From Chiloscyllium plagiosum (taxonomy: Eukaryota): DNA of 64,000 nucleotides. The translations under genes and the position numbers were made by a program. Under the pieces are notes generated by a model. That model was given only the letters and a program-made list of their open reading frames with translations, was not told the origin of the DNA and ran no database searches. The stretch is taken from positions 83,396,010 through 83,460,009 of the forward strand of contig NC_057711.1 of assembly GCF_004010195.1 (NCBI RefSeq), read 5' to 3'. Below, piece by piece: positions 1 to 13,168 of the stretch; positions within the stretch are counted from its first letter, which is position 1, and every line of letters begins with the position of its first letter.

Positions 1-435
1 AACCACAAGGGATGAATGCAGATTTCTCCAGCTTCCTCATTTCCCCTCTCACCACCTTTTCTCAGTCCCAACCCTCAAACTCAGAACCACCTTCTTGACC
101 TGCAATCTTCTTCCCGACCTCTCCACGCACCCTCACCTTGGCCTCCTTCCACCTATCGCATTTCCAACGCCCCTCCCCCAAGTCCCTCCTCCCTACCTTT
201 TATCTTAGCCTGCTGGACACACTTTCCTCATTCCTGAAGAAGGGCTTATGCCCGAAACGTCGATTCTCCTGCTCCTTGGATGCTGCCTGACCTGCTGCGC
301 TTTTCCAGCAACTCCACCCCTCTCACCCACTCCAACCTCTCACCCTCGGAACGTGCAGCCCTCCACTCCCTCCGTTCCAACCCCAACCTCACTATTAGCT
401 CTGATCTCCAGCATCTGCAGTCCTCACTTTCTCCT
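1..435 (+). mobile_element. Penelope-like element (PLE) 3' end with pseudo-LTR, family A
   Basis: Begins with the GIY-YIG C-terminal peptide PQGMNADFSSF, then a C-rich UTR, a hammerhead motif and the pLTR tail; matches the copy at 30144-30345. Confidence 0.8.
230..265 (+). ncRNA. Minimal type I hammerhead ribozyme motif (intact core)
   Basis: attc-CTGAAGA(234-240)-a-GGGC-ttat-GCCC-GAAAC-GTC(259-261)-gatt; helix III reduced to palindromic ACGT. Confidence 0.65.
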
Positions 436-707
436 GTCTACTCAATTGTACCACTCTGGCCAGTACTAAGTCACCTTAGGAATGCAAATTATTTGATAAC
501 AAATCATCTATCACTCCAACAATTATTAGTTCACAAGTTAGCTCCATTTTCAGATTACCATGCTCACACTCTTCTACAAACTGGAAGAAATTATTTAGAA
601 TTGTCTCCCCCATGCCTCTTGTTGCAATTATTGAATTTTGCATGTTCCACGATACTGTTCTTGCGGAGTTTGAAATTTGTCTCCAATGTAGTAATGGCTT
701 CTGCAGA

Positions 708-908
708 TGTTAAAAATCACACAACACCAGGTTATAGTCCAACAGGTTTATTTGGAAGCACTAGCTTTTGGTGCACTGCTTCTTCATCAGGTGGTTGTGT
801 GAGCAGTGCTCCAAAAGCTAGTGCTTCCAAATAACCCTGTTGGACTATAACCTGGTGTTGTGTGATTTTTAACTTTGTACATCCCAGTCCAACACTAGCA
901 TCTCCAAA
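708..908 (+). mobile_element. Palindromic PLE pseudo-LTR insertion, family B
   Basis: gttaaaaatcacacaacaccaggttatagtcc... inverted against ...ggactataacctggtgttgtgtgatttttaac, plus a ~35 bp one-sided tail; degenerate hammerhead on the minus strand at ~765-797. Confidence 0.7.
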
Positions 909-1279
909 TTGTTCTGCATTTGTGGCTTTATCTTCACCAAAGCTCAGGGTAACTCAGCTGTCATCCATGTAGGGGCTAATTACAAAAGTGTACTGACCTG
1001 CTCGGTCTACCTTCACTGTGAAACTCAATGCAAGGTGGTATCGAGCAAATTTCCTCTAACACTTTGGCCATGATTCAGCCTGATTTGAAACTTGTGAATG
1101 TTTCGCAACACTCCAGTGAAAGTACAGATTTTTAAATCACACTTTCTTTTAAACTACTGCCTTCATATTATTGTGCTTGTGAAATACCTCAATAACTCTC
1201 AAAGACTGGTTGCTAAACACCCAAGCTTACAGAAATGAGAACTCTCCTTACACTTGTGTAAGTTAGCTAGCTTCTGTCC

Positions 1280-1468
1280 GTGACATAGAGGTGCCGGTGT
1301 TGGACGGGGATGGGCAAAGTAAAAAAATCACACAACCCCAGCTAATAGTCCAAATGATTTATTTGAAGTTATAAGCCTTCGGAGTACTGCTCCTTCTTCA
1401 GATAAGCTCTGACAGCTTGTACTTTCAAATAAGTCTGTGGCTATAACCTGGTGTTGTGTGATTTTTAA
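1280..1468 (-). mobile_element. Palindromic PLE pseudo-LTR insertion, family B (diverged)
   Basis: Same family as 708-908 in the opposite orientation; TSD cttctgtcc at 1271-1279 and 1469-1477. Confidence 0.7.
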
Positions 1469-1919
1469 CTTCTGTCCAAACATACTTTGCTAAAATCTAA
1501 TATCACATGATTATATGTCACTTTCTTTCATGATATCACAGATTGTTATCTATCAATCATCGATGTGACTTGGTCTAACGTACTCCTCTGCACCAGTCAC
1601 TATATTAGAATGACAATGATGCTCATTAGGCTATTAGAAGCTAAATTGGCATGCATTCCCAATTGGAGAAAATTAGAGCATGCAGAATAGCAGTCATTCT
1701 TTTCAGGATGGGGACTGCTCCCATTTACCCCTTAAAATATATTTCAATTACCCTGATTGTAGCATTGAAGTTGACTGTATTAACATATAGTTTAAAGAAA
1801 TTGTCAATCTTTATATTTGGGGTTCCAACCCACAATCTTAATCTAGACCATCATATAGACCAGGCCATGCTTTGGTAATTTGCATAATACATTTAGTCAC
1901 AATAAAGTTACATATGTTA

Positions 1920-2122
1920 GGGGGCCAGTTAGATTGGTTGGATGCTGGTTTGTGATGCAGAGTGACACCAACAGCGTAATTAATTTGCCACACAAGCTAA
2001 GGTCACACCATCTCAATCTCTCCCTTTACCTGATACATGGTGATCCTCGGCTTAAACTCACCACCAATCATCTCTCAATCATGCGAGAGGAGCCTATGGC
2101 CCTCTGAGATTTTGATGACTTT
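1920..2122 (+). mobile_element. Old tRNA-derived SINE (also at 22614-22835 and 52833-53005)
   Basis: Three related copies with a tRNA-like head (gttagctcagttggctgga...gggttcaattcc) and a shared body. Confidence 0.6.
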
Positions 2123-2206
2123 GCATGCCCTATGTTGACCTTACATGTTATGCAGATTGTATCTGCACATTATACAGATTATCTTTCTAATGTTGGCACG
2201 GTGGGG

Positions 2207-2554
2207 TGGGCGGCACGGTGGCCCAGTGGTTAGCACTGCTGCCTCACAGCGCCTGTAGACCCGGGTTCAATTCCCGACTCAGGCGACTGACTGTGTGGAG
2301 TTTGCACATTCTCCCCGTGTCTGCGTGGGTTTCCTCCGGGTGCTCCGGTTTCCTCCCACAGTCCAAAGATGTGCGGGTCAGGTGAATTGGCAATGCTAAA
2401 TTGCCCGTAGTGTTAGGTTAAAGGGGTAAATGTAGGGGTATGGGTGGGTTGCGCTTCGGCGGGTCGGTGTGGACTTGTTGGGCCGAAGGGCCTGTTTCCA
2501 CACTGTAAGTAATCTAATCTAATCTAATCTAATCTAATCTAATCTAATCTAATC
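2207..2554 (+). mobile_element. HE1-type tRNA-derived SINE (young) with (AATCT)n tail
   Basis: Pol III A/B boxes (tggcccagtggttagc / ggttcaattccc), V-SINE-like core, CR1-like 3' end gaagggcctgtttccacactgt, and AATCT repeats at 2510-2554. Confidence 0.9.
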
Positions 2555-2585
2555 CACTTCTGAACACCATGAATTTGGAAGCTAG

Positions 2586-2808
2586 ATTAGAGTGGTGCTG
2601 GAAAAGCACAGCAGTTCAGGCAGCATCCGAGGAGCAGGAAAAATCGACGTTTCAGGCAAAAGCTCTTCATCAAGATTCCTGATGAAGGGCTTTTGCCCGA
2701 ATCGTCAATTTTCCTGCTCTTCGGATGCTGCCTGAACTACTGTGCTTTTCCAGCACAACTTTAATCTAGAATCTGGTTTCCAGCATCTGCAGTCCTTGTT
2801 TTTACCTG
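2586..2808 (+). mobile_element. Palindromic PLE pseudo-LTR insertion, family A variant
   Basis: ~90 bp inverted arms centred near 2675; 13 bp TSD atttggaagctag (2573-2585, 2809-2821); hammerhead core CTGATGA at 2679-2685 with GAAA mutated to GAAT. Confidence 0.85.
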
Positions 2809-5800
2809 ATTTGGAAGCTAGGTAAAGTTTGCAACAGATGAGCTAGCTGCCCTGTTCATATAAGGATAAATGAAAATCGGAGTACAAACCGGGACAGTAA
2901 TAGAATTAATATGCAATCAACTTAAAATAATCATATAAATGAGGTGTAATAAAGTGTTTGTCTCATTAATAGTCCAAATAGATAAATTGCATCAATGTGC
3001 AATTCTTTATGTACATATATTTAAAGGCAATAGTGATTGGTGGAGTAAAAGAGTTAAATCAAGATGAATCCGATACATAAGTAGAGAAGTGAATGTAGAC
3101 TATAAGTATGCTTAAAGAAAGGTGGTAGGCAATCAAATAAAATACAAATGAAACAACAAATAATTTGAACCTATGCTGCAATTTATAAAAAGACAAAGAG
3201 GTGCATTGAACTACGCAGAAGTCTTTGAGTGAATGGAAAATTGAAAAAGCATTCACCAAAGAAATAAAGAAGTTGGGTAAATTCCCAGGCTAACAAGAAT
3301 AAAAAAACAAGGTGGCATCATTCTTGCAAAATCTAATCAGTTTCTAGGTCCAATTTTATTTGCTGTCCTCCATCATGATCATTCATCACCAGTTATTTCT
3401 AATTCAGGAGAAACTTGCAACTAGTTTCTTAAGAATGCAGAATTGGACAATTATGTTGGGACCTCTGCAAATTTAAATAAAGCACAAAGGCAACTCAAAA
3501 TGAAAAGAAACCCCCCACTGAGGATCAAACTCCTTCACAAGTACAGTATCTCTGATTTGGCACAAAAAAATGGTGTAAACAAGAAAATAACATTGAGAGA
3601 AAATGGCGTTGGCTCAGAGTTTGCTTTTTATAGGAGCTTTAGGTGAAAAATCAATGAAAAATATGCAAATTAATTCCTTAAATCAGTTTTTGTAATTAAT
3701 GAAATAATCATTGTAAATTTTTTTGGTTAAATAATTCTATAATTAGCAATATGACATGTTCAGTCTGTTTAATTATTTTAAAAAATGTTCACGTTTGGAT
3801 CTAGAAGTCTGACACTCAACATTCGGCCTTGGATGAAAAAGCAAGTTAGCAGAAAGTAGGTATTTAAAATTCAGTGACTTGAGGCACAGTGACAAGCAAA
3901 CAGCAGGTTAGGGGATGTGTTCTTTTGTCCCCTCATCCCAGGAATCTCTGAGTACTCCAGGATCTTTCACTCATCCTGCAAAAGTTAATTATTAGGTTTT
4001 ACCCCTCCCATTAAGATTGGTTTAAAGAAATCTATGATCTGATTCTGCAGAATTCGTTTTTATTTCACTTTGTCAACTGTTGAAGTAGTGATGAAGCTCA
4101 AAAAATATGATGAAATTCTACTTTTGAGCGCTGATGCTAATTTGTTTCCTTCATTAACAAGCAGGCGCATATTACAGACATAAATGTCAACGTTTATTCT
4201 TCAGTTCAGTTCATCCCCCCACTCCTTCTCTCCCCCCCCCCCCACAGACTGAATGAAATTCTGTATCCAGTAAGTCCCTTTTGCGCAAGGCAGTATAGTT
4301 TGTGGCCAAGCCATACTTTAATTGGGAGACTCTTAAGTCAATAAATTGAGTTGTTTGCACTGGGGCTGCACTTAATTAGCTAGGGTCATCATGGGTCAAA
4401 GCAACTCTTTCCCTTCGAAAAACAAGCCATAAATCTGATTCACTGAAAGCTATCTTCACTATTTAATTTCTCCTGTTTTTGTTCGTTTATGGGAAGGTTG
4501 AAACATACAAAGGTTTTTGCATACAAAATTTCTATTAATTGGCAGTAAGCTACAAGGGCAATTATTTGAATCAATTTTGAGGTCACCATAAACTATGACT
4601 GTGATGCAGTGGGCAACAAAGTTTAGTTCTTGATCATATCTCATACCTTTATTAATATTTTGAACCTTTTGCAGTCAACACTAAGGCAGCTAACTACACT
4701 GTTCCTTGGTGAGTCTCTGCAGTCTGCTACAGCCCCTTTCAGTCAAATCGCTTGGAAATAGTCAGAATGCCTAGCTTAAAAAAGCAAATGACTTTGACCC
4801 CAGAGAATAGGCCATGTCCAGAGACAGAACTATATGACCTGTGGAAACATTGGTGTGCAGACGATTTGCCAGTAATCTGATCTTCAAGGGTCCCTCTAAG
4901 TCACATGGCATTCTATAGAAATTAACTGCTATGCAACAGTTTCAGGAATTAACCGTGGGTTAAATATTTGGACAGAAGACAGGGACCTCAAATTTTGGAT
5001 GGGTAGTCATTAGCACGCTGATGATAATTACCTGTCTTTTTTTCACTTGTGTATTGTTTAGTTTTCATTGTCTTGAGACAGTCAACATTGACTGCCTTGG
5101 AAACAATGCTGAAGCAGGCATTAGACATCTGACTTACATATTTAAACAGTATAATGCCAACCTCTCTCTGCCACAGTTCCCTTGTTGTTATCACATCCCC
5201 TATCCTTTCATCAATCAAGCACCTTTTCTTTTTCTACAATGTTATTGCTCTTCTACTTTGTATCTTTTGTATATTGGTATAACCCTAGACCCCCTTTGCT
5301 GTAACTGGATTTTCAAAGTGGCTAGAGCCACACTTCTGGTAGGCAGGCGATGACTGGTGCCAACTCGCAAGGCAGACAGCAGCTTTGTTGGAAACTGCAG
5401 CTTGTGAACAAGATGGGGAATTAAAAATATCACAAATTGGTCACAGACATTAAGTTGAGGTGCAACATTTGTTCCAGTGTTGGTTGATTCCTCAAGTTTC
5501 ACACAAAAAAAGTCACAGATGGAAACAAACTTCCTTTTTCTCTGAGGGGACCCTGACAGCTTGCCCTAACATGCACCAGACCATTTGGCTTTGCTCAGCA
5601 AAAGGATTTAAAATACCATTCTGTTCCCAACAGGCCATTTAACAAGTTCCTTACAGACCTTAAGTAGTAGTGAGGGGATGTCTGATATCTGCACCGACCC
5701 AAAAGGTCTTTAAATATTACAAATTATCCCCAAGACAGCAGGATCCATTTCCATCTTCTCTTGGAACATAGATTCCAATTCAGCCTCATACCCATCCTCG

Positions 5801-8166
5801 TTGGCAGTTGAAAATACAGACCCATATTTTTCACAACTTCGCCCACTCTAAATCTATTCTGCAACCATTAGCAACTTCTTTTCATGCTATGTTCTTAGGC
5901 AATTCCAGTATCATCACTGACCATTTTAAAAAATAACACATTGATGTTGGTAACTAATTTACAGTCAGCCTATTATCCATGTGGTCAGTAATACTATTAA
6001 ATGATTGGTTAATACTTTGTATTTAAAGTGGTGCATCAGGAATTGCTGTATAAGCTGGTGTATTCAAGTACAACAAAGTAAAAACAGAAATTGTGGGTAT
6101 TTTTAACAGAAGAGTATCTAATAATTTAGTCTATGAAAATGCATTTTTGAATTGTCAGATTCATTTGGATTTTGGATTATTTAGATTTACCTGAATGCAT
6201 TGCAAAAGCTTACACTACAATGCAAAAGTAATATGATCAAAATGTGAAACTTTAAGATGAACATTTGGTGCAGAATCGCATAGGCCACTTCAAAAATTTT
6301 GCATTCTCAAAGCTATTCTTTTTTAACGTAATACCTCTTTTAAGACAAATCTTTCTGAGACAAAAACATACAGAGGCGGAGATGAAGGGAAGCACCCAAC
6401 AAAGACACTGTAAATTTATTCTACACTGGATTGGAATGCTAATTGTTTTTACTGGCAGGGTGTGGACACCTCGCCTCAAAGTAGGATGATGTAAGCCAGT
6501 TTTACACTCATTGTGTGTTAAAGATTGTTTTCATAAAACTGAAGATTTGAGTAATGATTTTAGCACAAAATGGCTTATAGCCCAGAATCACTAACTGGAA
6601 TCTGCAGTAAATAGGCAATTTTTTTCCGCTAGTGAGATCTTCCACATTCATAATGTTTATTAAATACAGGTCAAGAGCATTATTGATGAATTGAGAATAA
6701 TTTTCCATGGCTCTTACACAAATGTCAGTTGCTAGATATAAAGGGCAAAAGGTGAATTGATGTCTGGAGAATAGGGACTCATCAAATTTTCTCTGATTAA
6801 GACAATGTTGGTTTAGTAATTGAATAGTAAAATACACCCTAATCTCAGATTAACTAAAAATAAGGAAACAGGGAAAAGAACATTTACAGTAAGAAAAAAT
6901 GTATAATTTTTTATTAGATTTTTGGGGGATGTAAATTCTGAAGGAGAGCTTTAGTTCTTTAGAAAACAGGAGACTTAACTGAAATATTCAAAATTATAAA
7001 GCAGATTAGCAAAACTAATCCCCAGGTGAAATATTCATTATCGAATACCAAGTGATCCAAAATGAATATTGTGAAGATAGGAATATCAAAATGGAAGTAT
7101 TTTTACAAAAACGTATACTGAACTTGTAGAATCAATCTTCAAATGATATGAGTTGAAAGGGTGGTATTTGTGAAGAGAGAAAAGATTTGGGCATATGGCG
7201 AGAATGATAAATCATGAGGATGAGCTTTATCCCCTTGGATCATGTGACCTATTCCTATTTGTATTTTTGTAATGCTTTTCAGATTTTTGAAGACTTTTTT
7301 TTGAATAGGTATTTTTGGAAAATAATACACTATTTCAAAATGTGTAGTCTTGTGGATTCCTTTCCCTCAAAGATAGAAAAACATTTGGATGATGATGGAG
7401 TAGATTTTAATGTTCCATATTGATCAGTTGGATATAGAAAGACTGTTCCAAGCAATTGCAATGAGATCCAATTGATCTTGTTCCTGGGCATTTATTAAAA
7501 TGTGGTTGGCAAAATCAGCAAGCAATGTGCTTCCGGTTGGTGCTCACCAATTCTAAAGGCAGTTACTTGGGTATGATGGGGGCTGTAATGGGTTTGTAGT
7601 AGCATCTTTAAAGAAAAGTGCACCTTGCATCAGGAGCGCAAAAGAGACAGTACTTTGGAACAACAGTCAACATGCCTCCATAACTACAGAATCATGCACA
7701 AATTCTCCCAAAAGTTCTGAACTGACAAGCTCCTGCTACAAAAAAAACCTCTAAAGTTCCCACTTAACATTCCCGAAAAGAATCTGAGGATTTTCTTCCT
7801 TAATAGAGTTAGCTGCCCATTGGTTTTTACTAGCTGCCCATGATTTGCGAGCAAATGTGGGAACTGGCAGAAACCAACTGGCCTCAGTGGTTAGAGTTGA
7901 AAATGGCTTCATTTTATCTTTGCTATTCACCCTGATTTGCCTGCATTTTTGAGATGCACTGACGTGGATTTTGGGCATCAGAATGCAGTTCTTCTTGCCA
8001 ATCATAAGTCCAGTGAATCAAAACAATGCCAACACAGTAATTTATTTTGATTTGATTTATTATTGTCACATGTACCATGGTACAATGAAAAGCATTGTTT
8101 GAGTGCTATCCAGACAAATCATACCTTACATAAGTACATCAGGGTAATAAAACCGAATGCAGAATA

Positions 8167-8387
8167 CAGTGCCACCCCCATATCCACGGGTCTGGTTTCC
8201 ACGATTTCAGTTACCCGTGGTTTGCTGTGGCACAAAGATATAAAAGGAAACGTTCCAGAACCAGGGACCAGGAGGCTGCCGGGAAGATATGTTTCCCGTT
8301 TGAGTGAATGGGTTTGCACCTATCCGCAGTTTCGGGCTTCCGTGGTAGGTCTTGGAATATATCCTCCGTGGGTATAGGGGACTACTA
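8167..8387. mobile_element. Tc1/mariner-pogo (Tigger-like) MITE inside a minus-strand LINE 3' remnant
   Basis: Imperfect TIRs cagtgccacccccatatccacgg / ccgtgggtataggggactacta; preceded by TA. Confidence 0.55.
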
Positions 8388-10382
8388 TTAGTGTTACAGT
8401 TGCAGAGAAAGACCAACTTTAATATATGAAAGGTTGGATCATCAGTCTGATAATAGCAGGAAAGATGCTGTTCTTGAATCTGTGGTAATTAATTTGATTC
8501 TGTTACTATCACATTTTAAAGCACAAACGCAACAATAACAAAATGAAAATGATCACCAATGTGTTGTTGTAATTTCATGAATTGAGTTTTCCCAAATTGC
8601 TGAAAGCATTGAAAAACGTTCACTATTTTATTTGTTTTTGTGCTTAGACATGTAGAAATGTTTATTATCCTCACTGGCGTAAAGATAGTCAGCTGTGTGG
8701 TCCATTCACACGATCCCAGTGATAACTTCTGGTGAAGACGATTTTCAGCACTTCGTCTATCCTCCTCTTATTTATATTGCAGTACTTCTGGAAATGAAGG
8801 ATACTTTGAACACACTAAATATTCAGAAGTGAATTTCCACAGCAAACCTGTAGCACCTAAGAGTAACACTGAGAGTTGTGTTTATTTGATGCTGTTTAAC
8901 CCCCACAAATCTGCAATTTTGTCAGGGGACTAGGATCAAACCAAATTATCAATCTAATGTGATCAAAATTCATAATAGATTACTTTTTCTCAATGAAATT
9001 GGTACACATCTCTCTCTTTTAATTAAAGGAGTGCGCTCACTCACAGAGAGGCAAAATGTTCTCTGTCTCTTCTCTACGTTTGTCTTGGCCTCGACATCAG
9101 AGTATATATTCAAGAGGCAAAGTGTACTTTTGTAAAACCCTTATAAATAGTAAGCCCTAACACTTGCTACTTTACGATTATTTGCTGTCTCTGATCAGAA
9201 CCAAATTAGCTATGCTTTCCATTAACCATTATATTTTTTTTTTCTAGGTCTGCTGTCAGATTCATAGTGATCTTTTTATAGACTCTACGTACTTGACCTT
9301 TCCCTCCAATACCAGCAGCAGTTGTATATATGTGTTCAGGGGAGTACTATCAAGATATGAATTCAAATGCTGGAGCATATGTGTTGGTTGGCAGTCTTAA
9401 ACAATATATTATCATGTTCCTTACTCATTTCAGAAATATGATCTGTGCATTTAAGAGTCTTACAGCAATGGATTCTTAGTTTCTGGCACTTCTGATAGTC
9501 TAGAGAAGTAGAAGCAATACAATAGGTGCGTCTCTCTGATCCGTTATACATTAATAGTGGTGGAGATAGAGGTGTTCTCTGCTAACATAAGGAACTCCTG
9601 TGCTGAACTGGAACTTGGACTATATTTTATCTGCCCTCTAAAGGTGAACTGGGAAGTGGAAGTTGAAGATCTCAAAAGTGGTGGTGGAATGGCTGTTAAT
9701 TAGGTGACCAATTAAGGACAGTTTCCTGAATTCTATGGATGTTGCTGCCAAGGCAGTTAAGATGCTGGCCTTCTGAATGGACCAGCAACTACGAGAGAAG
9801 GTCCCTACGGCTGCTGACCAGTTGGGTGCTGCTGAAAATGTTACACAGAGTCCCATTGCTTTCAGTCCTGGCAGCAGAGGGAAAAACCAGTATGGATAAA
9901 TACAAAACCAGGTAGAAATTAACTGGCCTGTAGCAGCATAAATTAGTTTTAATCTGCTTTCATATGGTCTCTTATCAGTATTCCAGTAGTATACCGTAAT
10001 ACTACTAGTCTCAGCAGAAATTGTTTCATTTCTGGAGGCAGATGTTTGGAGGCTGCTCATGTCTAGAAATGCATGAGGGCAACAAAGCACTTGCTTATGT
10101 CTGTGACCTGAAGTTTATTCCTCCTGGAACAGGTCACTAACCTGAAGCAAGACACTATAGCTCGTGGGGTGCCATTCTGCATTGAGCAAGGCTGGCCAGG
10201 AGTCTACCTTGTTCTTATTCCCTTAGTGTTGCATGTGTTGGAAGGATTTGTCTGCTAACAATCAACCTGTTTGTTTGTGTTATGAGCACATTTTGCATCA
10301 CCCTGAAGTCCCAAAATAATCAAATCTGCAACTTTTGACACAAATGCTATGACACTATCCACAATGTCACTAAACCTTTAGT

Positions 10383-10726
10383 ATCATACAATCTCTACAG
10401 TGTGGAACAAGGCCATTTGACCTGACAAGTCCACACCGACCCTCTGAAGAGTAACCTACATAGTCCCAATCCTCTACCCTATTATTCTACATTTATCCCT
10501 GACTAATGCACCTAGCTTACACTATGGGCAATTTAGCATGGCCAATTCACCTACCCTACACATCTTTGGATTGTCGGAGGAAACCGGAGCACCCAGAAAA
10601 AAAACACGTAGACACTGGGAGAATGTGCAAATTCCATGTAGACAGTCTCACACAGAGGCTGGAATCAATCGCAGGTCCCTGTTGCTGAGAGGAAGCAGTG
10701 CTAACCACTGAGTCACCTTGCCATCC
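10383..10726 (-). mobile_element. HE1-type SINE
   Basis: Reverse-complement match to 2207-2510. Confidence 0.85.
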
Positions 10727-11649
10727 AGGATGACTTACCTGTTGAGAAAATTATTACCTTTGTCTTTACCTTCACCCAAATTTATGGCCCATCTCTTTAA
10801 GACAAATTTCTCATGCCACATTTTGTGAGTAACTGTTGAAAAATTGTTTAGATAATTACAAAGTGCTCTTTTGGATAACGTGACTTTAAAACAGCTTTGC
10901 TGTCTGCTGTGACTTGCTGAGCTGCAAAAGCCAGTGTATGGACCATGTGAAACTTGGAACTGATACTGTAACTTGCTCCCAAGACATCACATTAGTGACC
11001 TGACATTGAACAGTGTGGTAATTTAAACAGCCACAGCATCACCATCTGACACTCCTGCATAACCTCAGAGTAATTCTCAAACATTTGCAGTCATTACGAG
11101 CAGAGCCAGTTACTTATAACAAGGATAAATTAGTTTGGATATGCTGTGTTTCCTAAACTATAAATTTATTTTCTCAACTCCATTAAACTACTGCAAATAA
11201 GGAATTTAGCGATTACCTGATATCATTTATGATGACACTTAGTGCATATCGTGTGTTCCATTCCCAACAAAGCTGTAGATTTATTTGATATTACCAGCAA
11301 AGCTGCGGTCATTCACCAGCAGGCAAACTTAGATATGCTTGATATAATCAAATCATTTCCTGGCACCACTTCAAAGTGAATCTGTAGCCATTTGCAACCC
11401 AGCAATCATCAGTCCTATCTACTTTCAGTATTGGATCACAGACAAAGGCAAAATAAAGCAAAGAGCAGATACTGCTAAAGTTAGCAAAATCCAATAAAAC
11501 GCTGTTCTCTGCAAACTTCAGCAATGTTGTTGAACTCATTGCCCTTTCTCTCCAAGTTAGTTAGGATAATGGAATCAAAATGACATGTTTTGACCAATTG
11601 AGAGAAAATGCACTATTCTCATCACTACAGCAAAGACGGTTAGAGTGAA

Positions 11650-11748
11650 ACAAAAACAGAAAATTCTGCAAAAACTCAGCAGCTCTGGCAACATCTGAGG
11701 AGACAAAGCGGTATTAATGTTTTGGGTCCAGCAACCCTTCTTCAGGAC
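11650..11748 (-). mobile_element. Old PLE pseudo-LTR, family C (also ~59665-60112 split by a SINE, and 60930-61070)
   Basis: ctcagcagctctggcaacatctg...gggtccagcaacccttcttcaggac; the minus strand reads CTGAAGA-stem-AAAAC. Confidence 0.55.
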
Positions 11749-12769
11749 GGGAGAGTGACATTGGTTGCAGTGGTTTTTGCAAGAGAAGTGATAAAATGAA
11801 GATTATTGATACTGCTCATTCTAAAAGGGCAACTTCCATGAGATTATAGGACAGTCATTAATATTTAAGGCGACAAAAACTGCTGAAACTAGGTTGACAT
11901 ATAAATAACAAAGCATGCAGAGAGCTCGAATTTAATTTTTAATGAGGCTTGAGCCATTTGACAATTAATCACTTTTTGAAGGCTCAAGGCTATTGTTATA
12001 TTTAAGTTCCTGAATGTACATAAATGTTAGTCAATAGGATGAAGGAGGATTGTGGGATATCGCATTTTATCTTTTTACAGTGATGATAAAGAAGAATCAA
12101 TTTTGATTGTTTCGCAGTATCTATTTAAATCGGTTGTTTGTTCATCTGAATTAAAATACAAGTCTCACACTTGCTCAGTGCTGCAGTCATCTTGTTTTAT
12201 AGCTGTGTAAAAGGCTGTGTAGCTGCCTTTAGATCAAGTAACTAGGATCTTGGCAATTAAATGAAGATGGCTGTTTCAAATCTTAAGATTGCTTACTCAG
12301 TTGAATTTTTTTTCGGTTCCAGCCAGGGCCTAGATAAAAGGCTTTTGTTGGTGTATCAAAAATGGGGTCATGTGACAAGCTAACAATAATCATTCTCTCT
12401 TGCCCACCATTGATGGAACAGTTTCTAGTTAACATGGGAATCCTGACAATCCATAACATTCTGACCTAACACCTGAAGGCTGGATGTTGGTAATTGTCCT
12501 CCAGAAGGAGCAAGTACAAGCACATTGAAACACTGCTACTTTATTTAAAGAAATATCCCGAAAATTCTAAAGTAAAGTTACCTTTAAGTTGAGGATATGA
12601 TTGTAGAAAATGAATGTGTTGTGGCTATCATAACGAAACAAATTTATAGATGATCACAGATTTCCCTTCATTAACTGATAACTCAGTTTTGGGATTTAAA
12701 CAAAGAAAAGATTTTGATTTGTTTTATTTAATCAGTGAATGCATTTTTGATTTAATTTGTGAAACCCTT

Positions 12770-13168
12770 GGGGGAGGGGCTTTGGAAATGCGATGGGTGG
12801 AAGGAGGTCAAGGTGAGGGTGATAGGCCGGAGTGGGGTGGGGGCAGAGAGGTCAGGAAGAAGATTGCAGGTTAGGAAGGCGGTGCTGAGTTCGAGGGGTT
12901 TGACTGAGACAAGGTGGGGTGAGGGGAAATAAGGAAACTGGAGAAATCTGAGTTCGTCCCTTGTGGTTGGAGGGTTCCTAGGCAGAAGATGAGGCGCTCT
13001 TCCTCCAACCGTCGTGTTGCTATGGTCTGGCGATGGAGGAGTCCAAGGACCTGCATGTCCTTGGTGGAGTGGGAGGAGGAGTTGAAGTGTTGAGCCATGG
13101 GGTGGTTGGGTTGGTTGGTCCGGGTGTCCTAGAGGTGTTCTCTGAACCGTTCCGCAAGTAGGCGGCCT
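12770..13168 (-). mobile_element. PLE fragment encoding the GIY-YIG endonuclease C-terminal half
   Basis: Minus strand reads RLLAERFREHL*...MAQHFNSSSHS...RRLEEERLIFCLGTLQPQGTNSDFSSF, followed by the family A 3'UTR. Confidence 0.85.

Noticed and set aside
2207..2285. tRNA gene
   Set aside because: The tRNA-like head continues into SINE body and tail; all such heads in the window are SINEs.
2586..2808. pre-miRNA or DNA-transposon MITE interpretation of the palindromes
   Set aside because: Asymmetric tail, long variable TSDs and identity to PLE termini favour a retroelement origin; no expression evidence is available for a miRNA.
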